64,000 bases of DNA from a virus. The stretch is from the IMG/VR virus record IMGVR_UViG_3300028388_001285, positions 1 to 64,000 of that record, one strand, 5' to 3'. Position 1 is the first letter of the stretch; every line of letters starts with the position of its first letter. Under the pieces are notes generated by a model. The model was not told where the DNA came from and did no database searches. It worked only from the letters and a program-made list of their open reading frames with translations. The translations under genes and the position numbers were made by a program. Shown here one piece after another: positions 55,191-64,000 of this stretch.

Positions 55191-58100
55191 ATGCCAGAAA
55201 TAAAAGATGTCGTAAGGGCCATTCTGCACCAAAAGGCGCAGCAGGGTTTTCTTGCTGGAAATCCTTCTGTAAGCAGAGAGGGTTTTGTAAATCTAGATAA
55301 ATTTGGGAAATATGACAAGACGCTCACACCTGGAACATGGGAGAACGTCAGAAACTTGTCCCCAAGAATGGCTCAGGAGTACCACAGAGGTACAGAGCAG
55401 CCATGAAACCACAAATATGCAAGGGGGATTGCCAACTTTGTCACAGGTACTGCTTCTAAGGTTGGAGCCACTGTAGGTTTTGCAGCCGGAGCTCTCGGAG
55501 CGCTAGCAACCGGAGAGTTAAGTACGGTCTACGATAATGCTGTAGTGGACGCCTTTACGAAGGCTGAAGCGGCTATGGAGATACCTATTTACGTAAAAAG
55601 ACAGTATGCTGAAGGCAACCTTATACATAAGATGGGTACCACTGAGTTCTGAGCTAAGGACTTAGGAGAAGGTCTTGAATTCTTGGCCAGTATGTTTATA
55701 CCAACTTACGGTATAGGACTTGCAGGTAAGGGTTTACAGGCTGTAGCTAAATCTGCTAAAGTGGCTAAGGGATTGGCTCGCGGAGAGCGCGTGCTTACTA
55801 CTGTACTGAACAGTACAGTTGAGGCAGGGTTTGAAGCCAAACATGCTAACGATGAGATTAGAGACCAGCTAGCTAGGCAGAGGGGGTACATATCATATGA
55901 TTTATTACCACCTGATATACAACAGGAGATCTCGGTTTTAGCGGGACAAGCTGCTGCTAGAACTTTCTGGGGCAATATGATTGGTCTGATGTTACCCAAC
56001 TATCTGGAGTCTGGTTGGGCTAGGAGTATTATGGGGTTTGACAAAGCAGGTTCCAATGTACGACAAGCCATACGTAAGAAAGCACTATCCCCTGACGATA
56101 TAGTTAAGGCTAAGTCCAAGTGGAAAGCAGCTACTAAGGGTCTGGTGTCCGAGGGTCTTTGGGAGGAGAACTTTCAAGAAGCTGTAGGACAGTTTGAAGC
56201 TAGATTAGCGGAAGGTAAGATCGAAAGAGAAGACTACGCTAAAGAATTAGTACGTAACCTCAGCAACAATGCATGGGGTTTTGCTCGTGCAGTACCTAAC
56301 TTACCGTTCGCACCGTTTGGTGTAGACTTCGGTATAGCTGCTAAGGCTGGCACTGAGCAAGATGCTGGTGCCACTGCTATCGCACTCGGAGCTATCATAG
56401 GTTCTGGAATGAGTACTGTGTCGCAAGCGATGGACAACGCTAGACTGCGAGAATCAGCTGAGCGTGAGAACTCACTTTGAGGTGACCTAGTGAAGTTCAA
56501 GGAAACATTAGACAAGATACTGGTTGACGATCAGAAATCTATATATAAAACTTTCGGAACTGAGACCGACGAAGAAGGTAACGAGACTCCTATCTATGTT
56601 AATCCTAAGACTGGAGCTACCGAGATTGACCCAGATAAATTACGTAATCTAGCTCTGGCTAACACTGTAGACTTAAACTTCTTTGATGAAGCTGTGTTTG
56701 CAGATGTTAACAACGATGAGTTGTGGGCCACATTCAACGATAAGATGGCGGCAGCCTCATATGGGTGGTACTTAGGATCATCCGGGATATCTAAAGAAGA
56801 TGCACAAGACTTACTTGAAGGTAGAGAAGATGCCAATGAGATACTGTCACTCATGGACTCGTTTGAAGAAGCGGAGAGGGACTCCCAGACTTCCGACGAT
56901 ATTCGTGGTGAGCAGGTCGACAAGAAATTTAAACGGTTCTTGCATAGGATCAATTACTTCCTTAATGCTCGTGGCAAGATGCTGGACGAGATGTATAGTA
57001 AGAACCCTGAGGTTATCGGTCCTATGGTGGAAGATAATCAGGCAGCTTTACAGAAGGTAACTAACGCTAGCTCTAGGAAAGCTTTGAAGAGTGAGTTTGT
57101 AGAAGCTGTAGGTGGTATAGATACTCTCAATAGAGAGGTTAAAGAACTAGAGACTGAGTTTGAAGCTGTTAAGAAGACTGACCCAGCTAAGGCTGATGAG
57201 ATAGCTAGGAAGATAAGTACTAAGAACTATCTAATGTCAGAGAGAATGCACGTAGACGGCTACGATGCAAACTTACAAGGTATAGATGCGGAGAACAACA
57301 AGGCGCTTGTAGATGAGTACTTTAGGTCTAAGCATAACAACCCTACTACCTTAGGTATGAACCCATCAATGGCGGTAAGCTACCAGTCATTACGGGATCG
57401 TAAGTACTATAGGTTAGGTAAAGCTTACATGGCCGCTAAGGATATCAACGACATAGCTGATGAATTTTTAGAGGAAAGAGATATTGATGACTTGAGTGTA
57501 GGTATTGAAGCGCTCAGAGGATCTGCTAAATATTTTAATGGTGAGAACTCTGATGTAACTGCTGCTACCGAAAAGATAAATACAGCGTTAGATGAAGAAA
57601 TAGACAAGATAAACATAGGACTTCAGGAAGTAAACGAAGCCATGTATAATTTGGCCGGTGAAAACCTGGGTGCTGAAGAGACGAAGTTAGTAGCTACGCA
57701 TCTGAAGGATACACAGAGTCAGTTACAAACACAGATGGGTCGTATTAAGTTGTTACGCGAGGAGATGTCCTCAGCGCATGAAGCTATTAATGCTACTGAC
57801 GATGAGTACGCTGCATGGAATACTGAGGATGGTCTGAAGATGGAACACTTCCGTAACCTGACTAAGAAGATATGGGCATTAGATAGCTTAGCTCTGGAAT
57901 CATTCGATAACCTTGCTAAGACTATGCAGTTCATGCAACTGTTGTTAGGAATAGAAGCTGCCTTCGAGGATAGAACTGACATCAGCGATGACCTAAAGGC
58001 AGATGTAGCTGCTGAAATACTACAGCTTAAGGAGATACTTAAAGCTTACAGAGAAGCGGCTGAAAAGAATATGCAATCCAGAGCCTCGAAACAGGTGAGA

Positions 58101-61100
58101 GCTTTGCGGGAGTTAGGACAAGTAATGAATGAGGCTACTCTGAAACTTGAAGCTCCAAGACAATTATTGCTAGATGTATTTGGTAATGATGCTATCAGGG
58201 AGTTCGAGAAGCAATTTGGAGACGAACCTTCTTTCGAACAGTTCGAGGTATTGATGTCCCTGTTCTCAGAGAGAGCTAGTGATGGGCAAAAGCAGAAGAT
58301 GCGTGAAGCATTGCTGCGCACAGGACAGTCGACGGTTTCAGCATTGTCTACTCTCAGTAAGGGATTAGCTGATCCCATGAATCCTACGGATAGGGGGAGT
58401 AAGATACTAACAAATTACCTTGCGAATCCCATTAAATATGCGTCCGCAATTGTGATGCCACTACTTGGAGGAGGACTGTTCACACCAGAGAATACTATAT
58501 TCTGGGAGTATAGGGAGAACAAAGACATAGCAGAATTTAAACACCAACTTGAAAGTATATCTTACGCAGGTTTATCAGTAGACAAAGCTAGTAAGCTGAA
58601 AGCATTCTTCGATGCACATACATTAATGCGTGGATTACAGTTGGCTGGGGAGTTTCTCAGCGCTGAGAAAGCTAACACTGCTAGGATACTTGAGGAAGAG
58701 GTGAAACTGCATAAGGTATTGTCTAAGGACAAGGCTCCTGAAGACGTTATAGCACCTACTCCACAGCAGTATGTAGCTTACCAAGAGGCCATACGATTCT
58801 TATTCAAACCATTAGCGTCCAAGTGGGCGAGTAATACATTCTATCTTGAAGGTTTCCCTGGGTCTGGCAAGACTAAGGTAGCTGCTAGAAGGATAGTTGA
58901 CTTGTGGAAAAGTTTGGAACATATCACAGACAGTCAGATTTATACGGCTGGTAACACTGTGGCGTCATCAAAGATTATCCACGAGGCTGTTAAGGGTACC
59001 GAAGGAGGTGCCACTACTATTGAGGATCTGTTAGCTGCCGACTTAACTAACACCAAGTTAGTCATAATTGATGAGGCTCCAGCTTTAGAGAGAAGTGTAG
59101 CGTTAGCTTTAACGAAGAAGTTAAATGCTGCTAAGGTGAAGACTATAATCCTGGGCGACCCTGCACAGGTTACAGTAGATGCACACCCGTTTTTATTAAA
59201 CGAAAAGTACATCAGAATAACTATGTCAGATCCACTGACTGCCAGTTATCGTACTAACATACCAGCCATCTATGATTTCTTCATCAACTTTAAAAACACT
59301 TCAGCGGTACACAGACAGTTAGCTGCTACTAGTAACATGTCGCTAGGGGATGTGATTAAACCGCACTCAAATGCTCTCGGTGTTGTAGGAGATACTGAGA
59401 GAAGTACGATGCTTAGGGCAATTGCTAGACCTAGCAGCAGATCGAAGTTACTTATAGTAGCCAATAAAGATCAGAAGCAGCGATACCTCAATGAGTACTT
59501 CAAAGATCCTGAGTACAATATATCTGATGTAGAAGTATTAACTTACGATCAGGCTAATGGTATACAGGCTGATGAGGTGTACATAGATATGCCCACAACT
59601 GCATTGGACATCAAAGGCAATAACTTCAAACCTATTGGATACAACAAGGCTATGTATACTGCTGCAAGTAGGCCGGTTAAGTTCTTGTTCGTGTTAGGCT
59701 CATTAGTACAGACACAGGTAGACAGTATGTTAGACTCTACCGTGCAAACTGCTGCTAGTGAACTGCTTCAAAATGTGGAGCAGTATGAGGGTATATTAAC
59801 TGCTAAGGGTAATGCACATGCAGCCCTAACAAATGAGGCTGTAGATGGTACGTTGTTCGATGACATTGATGAAGTGTTTGATGCAGCGAAGACTACCGAC
59901 AAGGAAACTACAGACGATGATATAGAGATTGCTAGACAAGAGCGAGGTAGCCCGGATCAGGAACTGCCTGAGGAACCAGAAGATGTTGGTGCTATAGAGA
60001 AAGAAGATCTAACTGAAGAACCAGTTGAACCTACTAAGTTGCCTAGAGTGACTTCAGAGGTAATCGAATATGACTTCAAGTTCCCACAGAACTCTAACAT
60101 TAAAGTTGACAATTTAGTAGCCACAGGCTCACAGTTTAAAATAGTAGCTGCTGTTTCCAGATCACCTAAGAAATTTCCGGTAGCACACTACGTAGTGGCT
60201 CCAACTATAGGTGACCCTAATAGATATGTGGTAGTAGCTATGTTAGGTAACGATGATTACCAATCCGGTGAGATGGGAATGTGGCTGAAACGTGAGGAAA
60301 ATAAATTCAAGGCTGATCCGAATAGAGGGCCAGTTGAAAGTTCCACACGTATCAGAATGGATGAAGATGGATTTGATTGGGGGCCAGACCTCGACAGAGC
60401 TGTTATAGGAGAAGGTACGTTAAGTAATGTACAAAAGTTACAGTATGTATATGACCGTAGTGCTGAGACAAGCATGGAGTCTGACATACACAAGTACTTG
60501 GATACGTTCTTCCCAAATGATGACACTTATCGTACTGGTAAGAAATTAAACTGGGCAGCGTTGAACCCATACATTAAGTACAAGATATTTACATCTGACT
60601 TTGGACCTGATGCTGCATCTAAAGTGCCTAAGGGACAATTTGTGCCTAGACCTGGTGTACCATATGCGGTGCTTCAGTTACCGATGCCTAACAGCGAGAA
60701 GAAACATTCTCCACAATACATAAGACAGCAGCGCCGTAAGGTTAGGATGGATCATCCGTATATAAAGACTCTTCGTGAGTTGTACGATAACATCATCATA
60801 CTTGAGGCTGGACTAGGACTTGAGTACGGTACGGAGGAGTTCAATAAACTCATCAAGGCGAACGCAACTAGATTTGAGCTTGGACCCAAAGAGAATGGGT
60901 TCCCAGTGAAGTTGCAAGATAACCCTGCGATGCCTAAGGAACTTGAGGATCTAACTGCGGAGCAGATTAATGCTCTGGACAGCTTAGTCAAGTTACTATA
61001 TGGGGCTGAATATTCTAGAGTTGTTGTAGAGACTAAAGCTGAAGCAAACGCTTTCACAAAGTCTGGGGATGGTAGATTCTATATAGACAAGGAATATACT

Positions 61101-64000
61101 GGTAATGGTTATGCGTTCATGGAACGTGTGGCGGAAGATTCCTCTATCGCTCAACCTGAGCCATACAGACAATGGCAGATGAGGGGTGGTGTAGGCGAAG
61201 CTTCAACAGCATTCAACGCCATAGCTGTAGCTAATGGTAAGATTGAAGGACTTAATATTAAGGTTAAGAAGCGTAAGAAGACTAGTATAGGAACTGTTGA
61301 GTTCTACGTTGGTAAGTCATTACTAGCGTTCACAGAGAACACTCGTAGATTCATGGCTGCCATGCGTGGTAGGTACGAGGATACGCGGAAAGAGGCTAGT
61401 GACTTCCTAGGCGAAGCTTTACCTGAGAAGTTTCCCAGAGATTGGGAGACAGCTATGAAGGTATTAGCTAAAGTATATGATGATAGTAATGGTTTGTACG
61501 GTGTTGATCGTGCAGATATTATGAGGGCACAGAAGGAACTAATTGCTAAACCAGTCACTACAGACTTGTTGGCACAGATCGTCACGCCTACTAGTGAAAG
61601 ACACCCAAGCTTAGAATTACCTATCTATCGAAAAAGTTTCGGACACGACAAGACAAATACAGGGTTTAATGACCTTGGAAGTAACTTAAATAACAAAGAC
61701 AATAGAGCTAGGATCGCTGAACAGGTGCACGGTAACCTTTCTAGAGTGATACCTACAGTAGTTACGGGCAGAATAAAGAATACAGTTACCGTGACTGAGC
61801 AACAGGTACCAGTTAAAGCACCTAAGAAAGTCAAGACACAATCTCAATTCAATAAGCTAACTGTGGACCAACAGTACAGTAAGATAGTCGGACTGCATAA
61901 GCAAGGACGGGTAGATGATGAAGTGCTGCAATGGGCTGCCGAAGCTAAAGAAGATAATGATAAAACCTCGCTTGAAAAGATATGGGAGCTTGGTAACATG
62001 ACAGATACTATGCGGTCTATCAGTACAGATACTACACATGTATCTAAAGAAGAGGCAACCAAAATATTAGGTCGATTAGACTTAGAGCATAGGACATACG
62101 AACTATCTGAATTAGTGGATAAGTTGACGCAATTCATGTCACCATTTCATAGGAAGTTGATGTGGGCACTGACACACGCAATAGATAGTTTAAGTAAATC
62201 TGGTATCACTGTAGATTTAGCACACGTAGCTAAGGGAGACTACGCACATGCACTTGGACTTAGATTCCCTGACGGAAGGATTGGACTATATACTGGTAGG
62301 ATATTCCAGACAACTAAGAAATACACTGGGTTCAAGTTGGGCAGGGTACTGGCTCATGAGTTAATACATGCTATTACATCCGATAAATTATATCGGTTTG
62401 AGACTGCGGAAGAAGAGTTCACTGGACGCGAGCGCGAGATACTACAACAGTTATTCGATATATTCACGTACGTTAAATCCCTTAAAGGTGTACGTGGAGA
62501 TATGGATAATTTGCGAGAGTTTGTTGCGGAGGTATTTGCCAGCGAGAGGCTTGCAAGAGATCTATCTAGAATAGAATTACCACCCGAACTGAGGTACAAA
62601 ACTAACTCTAGGGGCATCCTAGATACTGTTAAGAACCTCATCACTAACTTGCTAAGAATAGTGATGAAACCATTCTTACGTACTAGGTCAGCAACGGAAG
62701 CTGTAATCAATTTAGCCGGAGAACTTATAGACATGCAGCATAGAGCTGGTGTATACGATGACCCTAAGAAGGGGCATCATGCACTGTCACTGGATGACCC
62801 AGACGGGTTCCAGTATATCAAGACTAACTTTGGTGGAGTCGAAGGTTATAGGATAGCCAAGAACTTTATCCTAGAGAGGTTGGCATACTATAAGATGACT
62901 GATGATGACTCCGGTAGAGAGAAGAGTGTTGGGTACTTTATACCAGTTGATGATGCTGGATTCGTAGCCTCTAAAGAGGAGATCTACTATCAGATACATT
63001 CTGATATCAATTCACATATAGCATTCAATAGAATGTTAGCTAAGAACTTGGTACGAGATATTGCTATGGATGAAGCTGCGATAGAGTCAGCCACCAACGT
63101 ACGTCAAGAGAGGCTAGCCAAGATTGCTAAGGAGATATCTGAAGCTAAGTTAAAAAGGGTGCAGGACGCAATACCTGCTTTCGAGACCCTGATGCGTAAC
63201 AATAGAGTGACACATCGTCCAGTCTACTTTGAAGTTATGAAGACTATCTTCCCTAACTGGTCGATAGGAAAAGAGACTCAGTTGGACAAGTACAGGTACG
63301 ACACTAATGAAAACTTAATACGTGAGATGATGTCTGTGGAGGGTGTAAACCTTAAGGAGCAGATCATCGACAACGAGTACCAGAATAATGTACATAAGTT
63401 AAGCGATTCAGTAAAGGACTTCTTGTCAATAGTACAGTACACTACTAGTGATAATAAGATTGTAACAGTTAATCCAAGCTACGCTTATGTACGGGCATTG
63501 CAACTATTCCGCAAGTTAGACTTCAATACTATTGTAGATTTACAAGACTTTGAAGATAGGAGAAAAGAAATAGAGAAGACTGAAATCATAAATGATGCTA
63601 CTACCTCTATACTGGATAAGTTAGCTGACTTATTACAAGATGCTACGTACACTTATAACATGCCTAAGTATGTCAATGTGATTATACATAGACCTATAGG
63701 GGCTTTAACAGACGAGTATTACCTAATACTGTCTAATACGGAGGAAGTAACTAACGTAGTACTTCTTGAAGAAGCTAAGGAGATAGCAAAGAATGACCCT
63801 GATTTCAGAATTGTAAAGAGCAGTTCTTATATACTCAGAGATTTATATGAGGAGGCAAACATGCCTATCACTCCTAAGCAGTTCAACAAACTATATGACA
63901 GAGCACTAGCTAGGAATACATTAGCTGAGCTACACACATTGTTCTCATCTCAGAAGGAGACCGAGTTAATGATTGCTTCTAAAGGTCTCGACAAGAATGG
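55191..64000 (+). CDS. giant virion cargo polyprotein (>2900 aa, runs off the window) with SF1 helicase-like and zincin domains; in-frame TGA at 55404, 55650, 56478
   Basis: EQP[TGA]NHK and TEF[TGA]AKDLGEG; GFPGSGKT (58851), IIDEA, LGDPAQ, SYRT, MYTAASR; HELIH (62355) with downstream EFVAE; no stop in this frame after 56480 (the track lists no ORF there). Confidence 0.85.

Noticed and set aside
5440-56480. Mass pseudogenisation or a decayed prophage
   Set aside because: The interruptions are nearly all TGA, in frame and at Trp-compatible sites, with a cognate tRNA present; random decay would also give TAA/TAG stops and many frameshifts.
3402-56480. Purine bias at the base after sense TGA codons
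   Set aside because: First codon positions are normally G/A-rich, so the bias is not clearly above background without a test.
1643-62734. All minus-strand ORFs in the track (e.g. 12971-13654, 34339-35397, 36788-37420)
   Set aside because: They lie antisense to well-supported + strand genes and show no recognisable motifs; they are shadow ORFs.

Overview
This 64 kb window is a single-strand (+) gene block from a crAss-like (Crassvirales-type) phage. The host is probably a Bacteroidota species, judged from a T9SS sorting domain, SPI 'AQ' signal peptides, a TAnnTTTG promoter box and a tmRNA tag starting with Gly. Positions 1-16.6 kb hold small accessory genes, a GroES-like gene, GroEL, an opal tRNA (anticodon UCA), a tmRNA and a T9SS-secreted protein. 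Positions 16.6-64 kb are the virion module: TerL, portal, scaffold, major capsid, ring/hub/muzzle tail proteins, fibres, ejection cargo, and a >2,900-aa helicase/zincin polyprotein that runs off the window. The main result is that TGA is a sense codon, almost certainly Trp. More than 30 in-frame TGAs fall where Trp fits, and reading through them fuses the broken ORFs of the supplied track into full-length genes. It also exposes genes the track misses or truncates: an outer-membrane beta-barrel, a membrane-anchored URI-fold toxin-like nuclease and an HU-like protein. The matching UCA tRNA has an unusual Ser/Sec-like class II body, and the tmRNA encodes an unusually long tag of about 37 aa. Together with the chaperonins, these look like a phage translation-reprogramming module. 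All family assignments are from motif recognition by eye; no searches were run.
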